Shown here: positions 49,001 to 62,856 of the stretch, piece by piece
Numbering within the stretch: position 1 is the first letter of the stretch
Layout of the letters: the number at the start of each line of letters is the position of its first letter
Source of the DNA: Octopus vulgaris
Taxonomy: Eukaryota
NCBI GenBank assembly: GCA_951406725.2
Contig: OX597819.1
Location: forward strand, 35,154,001 to 35,218,000
Direction of reading: 5' to 3'
DNA: 64,000 bases
The notes under the pieces: generated by a model
Told to the model about the DNA's origin: nothing
Seen by the model: only the letters and a program-made list of their open reading frames with translations
The model's database searches: none
Translations under genes and position numbers: made by a program

Positions 49001-52000
49001 ACTAAATTTTAATGTTCTAGCTCACTTCTGCTGCTTACAGTAGTACTTGGAGGGAAGGTGTGTAGCATATGATCATCGCATTGACTATGACAGAGAAAGT
49101 TGTCATGGCAATACCTGCTCAGAGGCCTACATAAAGTTGCAGAACGTGTATGGAGAGGAGTGTATGAGCCACGCACAAGAGTACGAGTGGTTCAGACGTT
49201 TACAAGATGGCTGAAAAAATGTTGATATTGACAAACGTTCTGGGAGACCCACAACCAGCAGAACTGAGAAAAACATCACAGATGTGCATGCAGCTGTGAG
49301 GGGAAATCGTGGAATCATCATCCATGCGTTACCTGAGGATGTGCAGATTAGTTACGGTTCGATCACTGAAGATTTGAGTACGAGACGTGTGTCTGCTAAG
49401 TTTGTTCCAAAAACTGCTTTCAGCTGACCAACAAGACACTCAGGTTTCAGTTGCACAAGATCTTGATTGTGTCAAGAAGGATCAAAACTGCTTGAAAACT
49501 TTGCGTAGGTCTCTGTGCAGATACCACCAAGTTTTTGGCAAAATTTGATGCAGATTCTCAGCTCAACTTTCTCTGTCATGATAAATGTGACAATCACACG
49601 TTACACACCTTCTTTCTAAGCACTGCTTTAAACAGCAGAAGTTAGCTAGAATGTTAAAACTTAGTGCTCATGCATAGTGAAGTTCAAGGTCAGTCTGTAC
49701 CGAGTGGCTTTACTCTGTGCTTTAGCTTCTTTACTATGACAACAGTCCAAATACTTATTGATCAGACCATGCATGTCTCTGTGCACACACTCACACATAT
49801 ATTGAATGTACAGGTAAAACAATGAGGTTCATCTAGTTAACTATATTCCTTTCACCTTTTGAAAATATGGTCTTGTGTGCAGTAAAATGAAATCAGTATT
49901 TTATTTTCAGTGTTCATTAAATGAACTATGAAAATTTGATTGAGAGAAAGTGTAAATGAATGAGAAAGCTGGGTGAGGAAGGAATTGTTTACAATAACAG
50001 AATTGGAACTAAAGTTTGTTTCAAACTTTTTATGAAACAATCTGTTTTATCTTGTCAAGGACATGAGTACCTCTTTTGTTCTGATGCCACATTCAAATGC
50101 ACCCACTACACTCTGTTAGATATAGGAAGGGTTTCCAGCCAAGGAAACCAAAATCGAAAGTGAAATGAATTAAGATTCAGTCCTCTAACCCTTCTAGAAG
50201 GGCAGGTAACTCTGAATAAGAACTGACTTAGACTGTGATGACCCATTCACCCCATGTCAGCATAAAAAGCAGACATAAAATGATGTTGGTGATAATTATG
50301 GTGACATTAAATGTGCCACACAGAAACACATAAATAGCTGCTGGTTGTCCATGCTTGTTCTAAAGTGATGCAGTTTTACATGAAGGTTGTTGCTTGTATT
50401 TTCTCTTATGAAAGTGAAAATGAAAATAAAAGTAACCAACAGTATGTTTTTATTGAAAGACATCTAACATTTTATTTTCAGCTGATATCCTAACTTTAAT
50501 TATTTTTACAATTTTACTAATTCATTTTAATCAGTTGATCATTTATTACTTGAAGTGATTTAAGGACCAGCTTGGTACTTATTTGTTGGCATAAATGTTC
50601 TTCCTTATATTATTTTAGATTAGCATCATCATCATTTAACATCTGTTGTGCATGCTGGTGTGAGTTGGATGGTTTGACAGAGCTGGCAAGCTGAAGAGCT
50701 GTGTCAGACTCCAGTCTGATTTGGCATGATGTCTATAGCTGGATGCCCTTCCTAATGCCAACCACTTTACAGAGTGTACTGGGTGTTTTTACATGGCACT
50801 GCATAGGCACTTTTATACGGCACTAGACAGGCACTTTTATGTGGAACTACATGGCACCTCACAGGCACTTTTACATGGCGAAGCCACGAGTGCCTTGCAC
50901 CACCAGAAAGACTAGTCTTAACACTTCTGCAGAGTATGGACTTTCTTGAGTCATCATCATCATCGTTTAACGTCCGCTTTCCATGCTAGCATGGGTTGGA
51001 CGGTTCAACTGGGGTCTGGCAAGCCCGAAGGCTGCACCAGGCCAGTCAGATCTGGCAGTGTTTCTACAGCTGGATGCCCTTCCTAACGCCAACCACTCCG
51101 AGAGTGTAGTGGGTGATTTTATGTGCCACCGACACAGGTGCCAGACGAGGCTGGCAGATGGCCACGCTCGGATGGTGTTTTTTTATGTGCCACCGACACA
51201 GGTGCCAGATGGGGCTGGCGGACGGCCACGCTCGGATGGTGTTTGTTATGTGCCCTCAGCACGGAGGCCAGTCGTTGCGGTACTGGCTATGATCACGTTC
51301 GGATGGTTTTCTTATGTGCCACCGGCACTGGTACCACAAGGATACAAATTCCATTGATGTTCATCTATTTTGATTTGGTTCGATTTGATTTGATTTGATT
51401 CAATTCGATTCTCACTTGCCTCAACAGGTCTTCACAAGTGTCACAAGAAGGAAGGTATGCACAGGTGGACTGACTACGTCCCAGGTAGGGGCCACGGATT
51501 ATGGCTTCACTAGTCTTGCCGGGTCTTCTCACGCACAGCATACTTCCATAGGTCTCGATCTCTAGTCATTTCCATGGTGAGACCTAACGTCCGAAGGTCG
51601 TGCTTCACCACTTCGTCCCAGGTTTTCCTGGGTCTACCTCTTCCACGGGTTCCTTCAACTGCTAGGGATTGAGGGAACCCGTGGAGTATTATATATATAT
51701 ATATATATATATTATATATCCTCTTAAATTATATATATATCCTATTGTATTATATCATATTTATGTTTGTCTGATTAATCCAGCGGTCCACTCTATCTTG
51801 GCAGTGGACTGGGAGAATTGTTAGAAATTTGGAGTTTTTTTTTTTTTTTTGGCAATATTTGTTCTGAGTTGAAATCCTGCTGAAGTCAACTTTGCCTTTC
51901 CTCTTTTTGGGGTCAATAAAATAAAGTACCAAGTATTGGGGTTAACTAATTCTCACACCTTGAAATTGTTGGTCTTGTACCTAAATTAGAAACCATTTTT

Positions 52001-55000
52001 TAAAATCTTTGTATGCTATGCATATATCACTTCTTTTTCAGTGTACACTGTGTATACTTTCTTTCTTTCCCTTTTTCAGTGTACACTGTGTATACTTTCT
52101 TTCTTTCCCTTTTTTTTTTATCATTTCATTATATGTAAACCCCCACACTTCATGTCTGTCTTTGTATTGTCCCCCTCATCTTTTGCTCTTGTGGCAAATA
52201 AATCATCGTCATCATTATTAAGGTGGCAGAATCATTAGCATGCCAGACAAAATGATTAGTGTCATTTCATCTGTCTTTATGTTCTGAGTTCAAATTCTGC
52301 CAGGGTTGACTTTGCCTTTCATCTTTTTGGAAGTTGATTTGCCCTCTCCCCTAAAAAATTTCAGGTTTTGTACCTGTAGTAGAAAGGATTAATATTGTTG
52401 CTGCTGTTGATGGTGATGCTATTACACAATTAATAATCTCAGAGAGATTATCTCCTTGCTGAATTGTACTTTAAATTATTACTCTTTAGCTCTTACCATT
52501 GATATTTATCTAAACTGGGTGGAATGATAAATTTAGCTTAGCTTTAGCCAACTACTTGTAGGTTTGTAGTCAGCAAACGTTATTGGTTGTTAATTAATGA
52601 GGCTATAGCTTGAGCATCATGACATTGCTTTAATTGTTACACCTTAAGCTGCTGTTTTAATTTTTTAATTCCTTATACTCTGTAAGATAATTTTAAAATT
52701 ACTCTTTCTTTGATATTATATTCTGTGTACATTGCTAATAAATATAGTTTTGTTTATTTATTTTTGTTATATCAAACTCAGTTAAGACTAAAAGCAGTAG
52801 TTTCTCCCACATATTACATGGAAAAATGTGAGCATGAAAAGTAATATTCTTAAGATTATAAACCTGGAAAAGTACAGGACAAGTTATTACACCTGTAAAA
52901 GTATAGGACAATATATTCTAGTAAGGTAAAGAATAAGAAACTTTTTACTTTAAAATATTTCAGCAAAGAATGGCAGTTCTTCTGATTTATCACTCTTTAC
53001 AGTTCTCATCTTTTAAATTTATAGTACAAAACTGTTCTGCTAATTTGTAAGTTTGTCTAATTAGTCACTTTTTTCTGTATTTAAGGTAGTAAATTAGCCA
53101 AAATTCTACTTAAATAAGTATAGTGTTATTTGTAAACGATAACAAAATAAGTTTTAATATTCAAATTTTAATTTTAGCTGCAATATTTTAAGTAAAAAGT
53201 TTCTTATTCTTTACTTAACTAGAAGTAATAGCTTGTCCTTTACTTTTACAGGTGTAATAACTTATCCTGTACTTTTCCAGGTTTATAATCTTAAGAATAT
53301 TACTTTTCATGCTCACATTTTCCCATGTAATCCATGATTTTTCCAGGCGTTGCAATATTAGGAGGTCACAGGAATTCATTCAACGAAAAAATTTTTAATG
53401 ATTCCGAGATTGGGGAGTGGGGACCCCCTCGCCTCATTTTTTCTGAACCAAAATAAGGGACTTGCAGCATATTAGGAGGTCAGGGTACTTGATTCCATGC
53501 AAAAAATAAAATTTTTTGTTTTCTTTTTTTTTTCTTAGTGAAAATTGTGCAGGTGTTAATATAGAAATTTACCATAATGTTGTTATTTAGCCTCAACCCT
53601 GATACTGCAAACCTGTCATCAAAGACATTCCAGCCTTCAGCAAACCATCTTTCTAGGGATAATCTAGGACATTACATACAATGGGTGTGTGATTTAGGTA
53701 GGGGGATACTTTGGCTTCTATTTTTAGCATGTTGAATGACCAGGTAGAGGCTCTTTCATTGGTTCGATTGTGTAATGAAATTTTTTTACACATATATGTA
53801 ATATATATATATATATATATATATATATCATCGGCAGAAATTAGAGAGTAAGTCAAAAGCTGAGAGTTTTATGTATTGGCACTTGTCAAACATGAATTTG
53901 GCCATTGTCACTCTGTAACTTCTGATGAAATAACTTCTAAAATACAAAATTTTGTCAAAAACATTAAAAGTAAGCCCTGTTCTATATGACACATTCTTCC
54001 AGTATCGGAAGTTTGAAAGTGTTTAGTTAAAAAAAGATAGATTAAATAATCTGTACGTCTAATTGAATAGATCAGAAATGGATGAAAGGCAAGTCAAACT
54101 TGGCAGAATTTGAACTCAGAACCTAAAGACAGATGATAAAATACCACTTCTAAAATACAAAATTTTGTCAAAAAGCATTAAGAGTAAACCTTGTTCTATG
54201 TGATACATTCTACCAGTATTGGAAGTTTGAAAGTGTTTAGTTAAAAAAAAAATTTAATTAAATAATTTGTACATCAGTTGACCCCAGCGAAATTTGAACT
54301 GAAAATGTAAAGACAGATGAAATACCACTAAACATTTCGCCTGGTACCCTAACGTTTCTGCCAGTTCGCCGCCTTAGAAAGTAAACATTCATTTTAGAAA
54401 TATATTCTTTATTCTTATTGCTAAAACATTACTTCTTATTTCTTTACTTACTGACATAAAATTTCATAACATTTTACCTCATAACTGCTTTTCTACTAAT
54501 TTTTGTTCATTGCTACTTACAATTCTGAATTCCTAATGCATTTTTCTATCATTTAAGCCTAAGAAAGGTATACTTTTAATTTAAAATTAAAATCTTTTTG
54601 TTAATTAAAGATGAATATCTTCCTTACTGCCCACTTGAGGTCTGACATATTTTGATGTAACGTTTTTTCTACTGAACCAAATCTCAAACTATTTATGCCA
54701 AAAGTATAGATGAGGAGGTGTCTTCTTTAAAACTATTAACAGTTTGCAATTGAGTTGGTGAAGCTTGGAAGCTGCTGCGATTGACGAAATGGTGGACTTC
54801 AGAATATATTCAACCACTACTGTGGTTGAATGATACTGTTACATTACAACTAATATATACTGTTCAGTTTGCATTTGACATTTAAAAAAAAAAAACATTT
54901 GTCTTATCAATTAACCTTATATTATTGATGCTTGCTGTTATTTGTTCCAAGCAATCACAAATTAAAGGTTATACATTTTTCAGTGGATTCTGTCAAGGAA

Positions 55001-58000
55001 AGTATGTGGCTAAAATGATAAGAGAAGTGGTTATTGTCATTGAAACAAGAAGTCTAGTTAAGTATTGGTCACGTGACTAATGTATTTGTGGTATATTCTT
55101 AATTTTTGATATAATTCTTTTAGTTATGATTAAGAAAAATAAACCTGCACCTTATGTTAAATGTATATTGGCCCTTTAACATTCAAACTGGCCATATCAT
55201 TTCCAAATATTCTACCTGTTTTATATTCAAACTAACCAAATCAGGCTACTTAGATCTACACTAAAAACATCATTGAAATCTTAAAGCTACAAAATAATGC
55301 ATGATTAATTCAAAACAATGTGAATAAATAAACATTACATTTAAAAGAGTAATCTGAATGTTAAAGGATTAACCAATTCCAATTTAAAAAAAAAAAGTTT
55401 CCTTTTCAAAAAGAAAAATATCCTTAATATATTGAAAAGTAAGAATAATTCTTAAAAGCAACATTTCTTTAGTAATTTGAATTTGTCTCTTCAAAATTGA
55501 GTTAAACTAGTAAGTTAACCACAAGAGGTGCATAAAATGGGTAATTTGAAGGCCTATTGCTATCTAATTTTCCTTTTAATTTATTTTGAAATAGTTCTAT
55601 CTTCTATAATTTGCAGTGTTTTCAGATATTTTTTCTTCTCTTGTCAAAAATACTGTCAGTTTTCATCAAATACTCATAATGTTATAGTCTTTTTTTTTTC
55701 GGCTAGAATTCTTGATTCCTTCAATTATTAAATGTCCACCTTTTTTATTATATTCAGCTCTTGTTATATATCTCCTCTATCTAAATTATGTAATCAATTC
55801 ATTCATCCATTTTTTCCACCTATTATTCCTGAAAGGTTGTTGTAGGTTAAGTCCTCGTACCACTTCCTCCATAGAGTCCTTTCAGAAGCAACCATTATTA
55901 CAATTTCCAGTTGGATTCCCAAGTGTGATCAACTGAAATTATGGATATTATTCAACCATCCCATACTTGATCTATCTCTATGTCTCCTGCTGCTTGGCTC
56001 AGCCTGAAGAATCTATCTTGTGATTCTTTCCTCTAACATTCTAATCATATGCCCATTATACTAGAGCTGTGACCTCTCAATGCAGAGTAGTGGTGTCCTT
56101 GCCTAGAGAGACTCCCATATCTCTGAGCTTACCCCCCACCCTGTTAAGTAACATTACTCTGGAAGTCCTTCAGAGGAACCCTATTTCAACCACTTGTAAT
56201 TATTCTTTTACTTGTTTCAGTCATTTGACTGTGGCCATGCTGGGGCACTGCCTTAAAGGGTTTTAGTTGAAGAAATCGAACCCAGAACTTAATCTTTGTA
56301 AGCTTAATACTTATTCTGTCAGTCTCTTTTGCCAAACCACTAAGTTACAGGGATTAAACACACCAACATCGGTTGTCAAGTGATGGTGGGGGACAAACAC
56401 AAAGACACACACACACACACACCTACATACATACATTTATATATATAAAATATTTGAATAAAAGAAGGGTAAAAATACTGCTTGCCAAAGATGAAAGCGA
56501 AAGCTTCAAAAACCACCAATCCTACAATAAATACATATTTATTGTAGTATTGTTGGTTTTTGAAGCTTTCACTTTCATCTTTGGGAAGCAGTATTTTTAC
56601 CCTTCTTTTATTCAAATATTTCATATTATACCTACTTAGGTAGAAGTTTTGCTAGCCACCTCATTATTACTGTTTTTAACAGTAATAATGCTCTTGTCTA
56701 TTTATATATATATATGATGGCTTCTTTCAGTTTCTGTCTACCAAATCCACTCACAAGGTGCCATGCAGTGAGACTGAACCCAGAACCATGTGGTTGGGAA
56801 GCAAACTTCTTACTACACAGTTATGCCTGTGCCTATAAAATGATTATATATTTTTTGTCATTACCTAACATTCCTGACCATATATTTGAGACCAAACTTA
56901 TTAATTCTAATGCTATTCATCTATGCTTATGAATATTCCAAATATTTTTTGTAGAAAATGGTATAATCAAATCAGAGAAAGTTCGTGACACAATGAAAGC
57001 AGTTGATCGTGGCGACTTCTGTCAGCGTAACCCATATGCTGATTCTCCACAGAGTATTGGATATGCTGTTACAATAAGTGCACCGCATATGGTAAGTTCT
57101 GCATTTTAAAATGTAAAAAAGGAAAATATCATTTTACTGATTTCTAAATTGCTCATTTTGAATTTAATTTCTTTATTTTTAGCATGCATATGCATTGGAG
57201 TTGTTAAAAAATCACTTAGTTGATGGAAACCGTGCTCTTGATGTTGGCTCTGGAAGTGGATATCTTACTGCATGTATGGCATTGATGGTGAGTAAAAGAA
57301 AATATTTAACAGTTTTTATAGGGATTATGTTTTTCAAACTGTCTTTGGATAATGTATTTAGTGGAATAAAATGGAAAGCTTAATTCATACTTACTAAGCA
57401 CCATAATGCAAATTAAACAGCAGTATGTCTTACAATTAACAAGAAACATTATTTTATTGCCAAAATTTATATATCTTGTAAAGTACTGTTCATGATCAAT
57501 TGGGTTTTGTACCTTTTCCTTCTTTGGTCACTAAACTCTGCTTGCGAAGACCTGTTGAGGCAAGTGAAATCAAAATCAATTCGATGACTGACATCTGTGC
57601 TAGCAGGGTGCAAAGAGCACCATACGAGTGTGATCGTTGATAGAGCGGCTATTCGAGTATGATCGTTACCAGCATCGCCTTACTGGCACTTATGCCTGTG
57701 CTAGTAGGGTGCCAAGAGCACCATCCGAGCGTGATCTTTGCCAGAGCAGCCAACTGGCTTCTGTACCATGGCATGTACAAGGGCACCATTTGAGCTTGAT
57801 CATTACCAACGTTGCTTCACTGGCACGTGTAAGAAGATTCGAGCGAGGTCATTGCCAGTATCGCCTGACTGGCCCCCATGCCGGTGGCACATAAAAAACA
57901 CCCACTACACTCTCGGAGTGGTTGGCATTAGGAAGGTCATCCAGCTGTAGAAACTCTGCCAGATCAAGATTAGAGCCTGGTGCAGCCATCTGGCTGCCAG

Positions 58001-61000
58001 CCCTCAGTCAAAATCGTCCAACCCATGCTAGCATGGAAAGCAAATGTTAAACGATGATGATGATTTATGATGTAATGGTATCATTGTCATCATTGTTTTA
58101 CTGCTGCTTTCCATGGTAGCATGAGTTGGACTGGTCATATAGGTCAGCTCATCTTTGGAGCTGATGTGGTCCTCTGACTCTGCTAGATGGATTCTGGGTG
58201 AATTTTTTTTTTGTGGTATCAACACTAAAGAAGTTATCTTCTACCTTTTAAGACTGTAAAGTCTTAGAGAGTATTTAGAATTCCCACAACTCTATCAAAT
58301 GCTCATTTGCTCAAAGTATAGACCAATACTAAAGAAATTAATTACAGAAGAGGAGACAGGATGGGTAGTTGGAGGGGACAAAAGCATGAAGGTAGAAATT
58401 GTAATGGGTTGGTGGGGTAATGGGTCTGACTGTAGAAACAGAGTGATGGGATGAGAAAATGATAGAGTGAGAACATACCAATTTATTTACATTAACAGCA
58501 TAGTACAGTGGTTAGATGTGGGGTGGGGTATTAGTGAAATGAGAATTAGAGAGTATCGTGAGGTAGTGAGACCTGCAGATATTTATTTAGCTGGGATTAT
58601 TGGACTACAGATTCAGATGCAGGTGACTCTTAGTCTTCATCATTTTTGCCAGTTTTTAATGCTTTTAAGCTTTTATCTCCTGTTTCACCATACTTGCTTG
58701 CATAGGTTAACAGGGACTTTTCAGCAGTGTATGTTGCCAGCCAGCTCAGTCTTTAGTCATCTCCACTGTAAGATATAGCATCTTGTTCATGTTATTTAAA
58801 CAAATCCTTTGATTTCCCTAATCTAAATACTGGTCTATTTTGTCTTTGTATATGATCACTGACTGAGCAATAGAAATCTTAATATAAGACTTATTGTAAA
58901 AGCATTGATATCATTTTAAAATGGTGACGTCTTGTAGTAAATGCATTAAGATACTCTCTGTTAAGTATTAGTAACAATACCAGTATAATCTTGGCCTGTT
59001 TTATTCCTCAGTCAGTAGAGACTACAATTACAGAGTTTAGTTCTTGATCAGGTATGGCTGTGTGTTTAAGGATTTTATTTTGAACCATGTGGTTTCTGGT
59101 TCAATCTCACTGTGTGGCATCTTGGGCAAGTGTCTTTTATCTTAAATCACATGCACACACAAATTTATTTTTACATAGTTATATGAATACCTGTGTGTAG
59201 AACATTCATGTGCAAAAAAATTTCTGAAATTCCCAAAAAATAAAAAAATTATGAAGGGATGTATAGGGTGCTTAAACCAGAATTCCACCTAATTTTTGTA
59301 TTATATTTTTTCTTCAATTTTTTTTTTCAGGTTGGGGAAACTGGTTTGGCTGTTGGAATCGATCATATAGACAAGTTGGTGCAGTCCTCAATTGACAATG
59401 TAAAGAAAAAACAGCGACTTGGATTCTTACTAGATAAGGGTCAGATGAAATTAGTTGTTGGTGATGGAAGATTAGGATACAAACCAGATGCTCCCTTTGA
59501 TGCTATCCATGTTGGAGCTGCAGCTGCAGTTTTGCCAGATTCTGTAAGAATTTCTGTTTATTTCTCTTACTTTGTCTTAATATTTATTTCCATTTTGAAG
59601 CAAAATTAAATGTACAAATATGACAGTGGATTAAACATAGGAGACTCATATTTTCAATATTCACATTAAAATGTAAGCATTTATTTGTTGTTCAATTCTA
59701 TTGTAAATTTCATATAATTATCTAACACTTTTTCCTTAATCATTCTGTCTTGAAGAAGAAGTAAAAAAAAAAAGAAAAATATAATTCAAATAGCTTTCAA
59801 ATGTTTTATAATATTGGTTTCTCATTTCTTAGGGAATACAGGTTTCTCTTACATTGTCCATGCTCATATAAAGGCATGGATTCAGCACTACAAACTAGCA
59901 TAGTATTTCTTTAATCATATATTGTTAGACTAAAAGCCCTTTTCTGCCCTATGTCATATTTCTATTGAAGAAATTAAATAAAATGAATTAACTGCTACTT
60001 CTATTGAGGAAATGAAGTAAAATTAATCAACTATTTATCATTAAAGAAAGTTTAGTTTCTACATCCATGATTGTCCCTATTTTATTGTACTTAATGCTTC
60101 AGGAGTTAGACAACAACCAGCTGTGTTTATCATAGCCATCAACTTTAGTCTTTGGGTGTTCTCCAGCTCCTTGAGCCCTCAAAGTAAGAAGCAACAAGAT
60201 GGACATATCTATATATCTAGAATTTCACTCCACATGTACCCATAACATAGTTTTCAGGGAGATTCAACATGATGTAGGATGTGCCAAGGCCGGTCCTTTG
60301 AAATATAGGTATACTCATTTTTACTATTTCTAGTGGACCGGAGCAACGTGAAATAAATTGCCTTACTCAAGGACACAATGCACTGCTAGGTATTGAACTC
60401 ATGACCTTGCAATTGTGAGCCGAATACCCTAACCATAAACCATGTTTGGTGGTTAGGGTTCTTGCAGTAGAATAAGAAAATGTTGTGACTGAATATCCTA
60501 AGTAATTGTATTCCCAGTGTCATATCAGGATAGAATTCATGGTTACTAATGTTTTGATTCTCATTTAGAAAATTATTGGTTTTAATCTTTTAAAGTTGAA
60601 ATAATGTTTATATACCTAAATAATGACAGTCTTGAAATATTTTGTAAAAATATTTGGTTAAATTCCAGAACTGATATTTAGAATTTTTGTCTGAAAGTTA
60701 GTATTTACTGTTAACAAACATAAATTAATCTATTTTAGTATCATGTGTAGAAACGTCATCAAATGCAGCCATCGCTTTAATTTAATCTTATTCTAGTTTG
60801 AGGAATACTGTATCAAATAATTAATAAATTGTTATACTTATTTTTTATATATATATGTAGACTAATAACCGAACTTTCATTTACCTGTTTTCATTTTCAT
60901 AATTTCAGTTAGTTGAACAGTTGAAACCTGGTGGACGTATGGTAATTCCTGTTGGAGGTCAGGGAGAGAACCAAATGCTTCAGCAAATTGATAAAAATGA

Positions 61001-61082
61001 AGATGGATCAGTAACAAAGAAAAATCACATGGGAGTAATTTATGTTCCACTGACAAGCAAAGAAAAGCAATGGCCAAAGTGA
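45664..61082 (+). CDS. PCMT1: Protein-L-isoaspartate(D-aspartate) O-methyltransferase (PIMT), 5-exon CDS, 227 aa
   Basis: Exons 45664-45718, 56955-57091, 57183-57287, 59331-59543, 60909-61082; 684 nt. [10 protein letters not shown]..., [29 protein letters not shown] motif [48 protein letters not shown]. The extreme C-terminus may be alternatively spliced. Confidence 0.96.
47748..47789 (+). ncRNA. Candidate minimal type I hammerhead ribozyme
   Basis: ACTATG-CTGATGA-GGTTT cat AAATC-GAAA-TATA-TA-CACAGT: intact core, stem II, palindromic stem III, stem I pairing 5 of 6. Confidence 0.55.
48892..49772 (+). mobile_element. Non-autonomous mariner derivative with ~140-bp TIRs
   Basis: ggtctgatcaataag...ctagctcacttctgctg mirrored at 49632-49770. 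The interior encodes [45 protein letters not shown] (mariner HTH). Confidence 0.85.
50625..51670 (-). mobile_element. Two adjacent or nested RTE-type LINE 3' ends; the second retains the ORF2 end
   Basis: (CAT)n tails at about 50625 and 50952. Minus strand 51660-51530 reads [27 protein letters not shown] (RTE C-terminus). Confidence 0.85.
52215..52390 (+). mobile_element. SINE, family 4 (Meta/Sauria-like central domain)
   Basis: gagttcaaattctgccagggttgactttgcctttcatc core; relatives near 535, 7665, 48680, 51860 and 54080-54380. Confidence 0.6.
52814..53331. mobile_element. MITE with long (~100-155 bp) TIRs
   Basis: attacatggaaaaatgtgagcatgaaaagtaatattcttaag... mirrored by ...cttaagaatattacttttcatgctcacattttcccatgtaat. 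Confidence 0.8.
56203..56833 (-). mobile_element. tRNA-derived SINE, family 1, interrupted by a hairpin insertion
   Basis: SINE 3' part at 56203-56445 and 5' part at 56715-56833 flank the palindrome. Confidence 0.75.
56448..56621. repeat. Near-perfect palindrome, 84-bp arms, 6-nt loop
   Basis: Arms compared by eye: 4 mismatches. Confidence 0.92.
56955..57091 (+). CDS. PCMT1: PCMT1 exon 2
   Basis: [45 protein letters not shown]; tgtag/gtaagt. Confidence 0.95.
57183..57287 (+). CDS. PCMT1: PCMT1 exon 3
   Basis: [35 protein letters not shown]; tttag/gtgagt. Confidence 0.95.
57530..58065 (+). mobile_element. RTE-type LINE 3'UTR with (GAT)n tail
   Basis: Matches 21361-21751. Confidence 0.8.
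59331..59543 (+). CDS. PCMT1: PCMT1 exon 4
   Basis: [17 protein letters not shown]...[28 protein letters not shown]; ttcag/gtaaga. Confidence 0.95.
60909..61082 (+). CDS. PCMT1: PCMT1 exon 5
   Basis: [60 protein letters not shown]. Confidence 0.92.
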   Translation, partial: LVEQLKPGGRMVIPVGGQGENQMLQQIDKNEDGSVTKKNHMGVIYVPLTSKEKQWPK

Positions 61083-62444
61083 GTAACTCTTAAAAATTTA
61101 GTTGGTGTATTTGATTTTTCTGGTGGTATTATTCAAACTGAATTGCAGAAGTCAGTAATCATTTTTTTTATTGTTATTAAAACAACTAATATATTAAAGT
61201 AATGAAGCCAGATGAATCTATGTTTGTTAGAACAGTACTGTGTATTTCATTTATCAAACTAATTTGAAAATTAAATGTGCAAAATACTGGTGCCTTGAAC
61301 CAGAATGGCTGTCCTTGGGCTTATGTAGTTCTGATGACAGGAGGTTATCTTCAGTTTTCAAAACCTTCAGTGGATGAGAAATAAATCTCATCTTGGATAG
61401 GATGTCATAGGACTTTTCAAGTAAGTGAAACCCAATATAACATGTCAAGAAACTTATTTTACAGTACTGCTGGTGCTTATAGGGGCAAATTGTTCCTATT
61501 CTTTACCTATTTAGTGAATGTAGTGGATGGCTCAAGTGTTAAGTGTCTTGTTAACAGGCACAATAACAGTATACAAATCACTGATAATGTGTGCATGCTT
61601 ATCCACACATACACATAATTTTGTTTAAGTCAGTATCATGAGTTTCTTTGAAATTATATAATTCTAAAACTCACTGATCTATAATCTTTAGACAACATCT
61701 TTGCTGCTGCACCTCTTTCCAGTGGAATCTTAGCTAAATTCCCAATTCTTTTTCTGTTTAACTACATTGTGGATAACTTCCTCCCTTTCTTTCCCACCTG
61801 TATCAGTGACCCTAAAAAGAGTTATGGGCATTTCCCTTCCTCCTCTTACTAAGCCCCCCAAAAAATTGAAATAGAGTTAGCAAATCAGTTCTAAAATTAA
61901 ATGTGATTGGTAATGTAAAATAGTTGCGCCTTAAGAAAAATATCTCATATTACCTCTACTTTACTTGTGCTACATGAGTTAAAGAATTTAAAGGCGTCTG
62001 CTGTCCCACTTTTGGCATTGTAGACTGTATTGTATTTAAAAAAAACTTTTTATTTGATTTAGATAAATATTGTGAAATGATCACTGAAACAGAAAAATAG
62101 TTTATTATTCATTGAAAACACTTGAATGTTCATTCTAGCAGTTTTGTGTCTGTCAGTCATTCTTTTTACAGAACATCAGAATCTTTCTAGTAAGTTTGAC
62201 CTGGTAGAAATAGCAGCCACATCACCAACTTATATCCTACCATCTAAAAATTAAAATTAATGGTGTGTTGAATAATGTAGTTTTAGACACTCTGAAAAAA
62301 TAAGACAGGATAGTCAAAACTGGAATATCTTTCATCATAGGTTCACTCAGTTGAGGTTGATCTGGAGATAAACAACAAGTTGGACTTGAATTCAGTTACA
62401 ATGAAAGGAGTCATTGGTTATTAGAAGCATTGAGCAAATCGATT

Positions 62445-62856
62445 GGATCTTTTCGGTTTAAATGGCAGTCTTTTCTAGCAATGTCATATGAAATTGTCAC
62501 CCATAATTATGACCCTAGTATCGATCTATTGCATTTCTATCTGTTTTAGGGTTAGGGGTGGGGGGAAGGGTATCTTTTTTTCTTCACAAATGTAAATAAA
62601 CCCAATCTGTTTCTTAAACGAGGGACATATTCATATGGCACAGAATGATTTTTTACCTCAATAGACGTAATTGATTGGTTGAAATTGCAGAAATTGAAGA
62701 AAAAAAACAACAAATATCTTACAAACTATAGAATTTTCTCAATAAAGCCAAGAGAAAAAGATGTTTTATAAACACATTCTACCAGTATACGAAGTTTAAC
62801 ATTTTTTAGTTATCTAGAAATTATGATAAAAACTGCCGTTCAAACTGAAAAGATCC
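62445..62856. mobile_element. ~410-bp MITE, copy 4
   Basis: ggatcttttcggtttaaatggcag ... ctgccgttcaaactgaaaagatcc; TSD not evident. Confidence 0.85.

Noticed and set aside
52032-52115. 41-bp tandem duplication
   Set aside because: Simple two-copy slippage event with no functional cue.
56373-56639. Mirror ORFs on both strands
   Set aside because: Artefact of the DNA palindrome.
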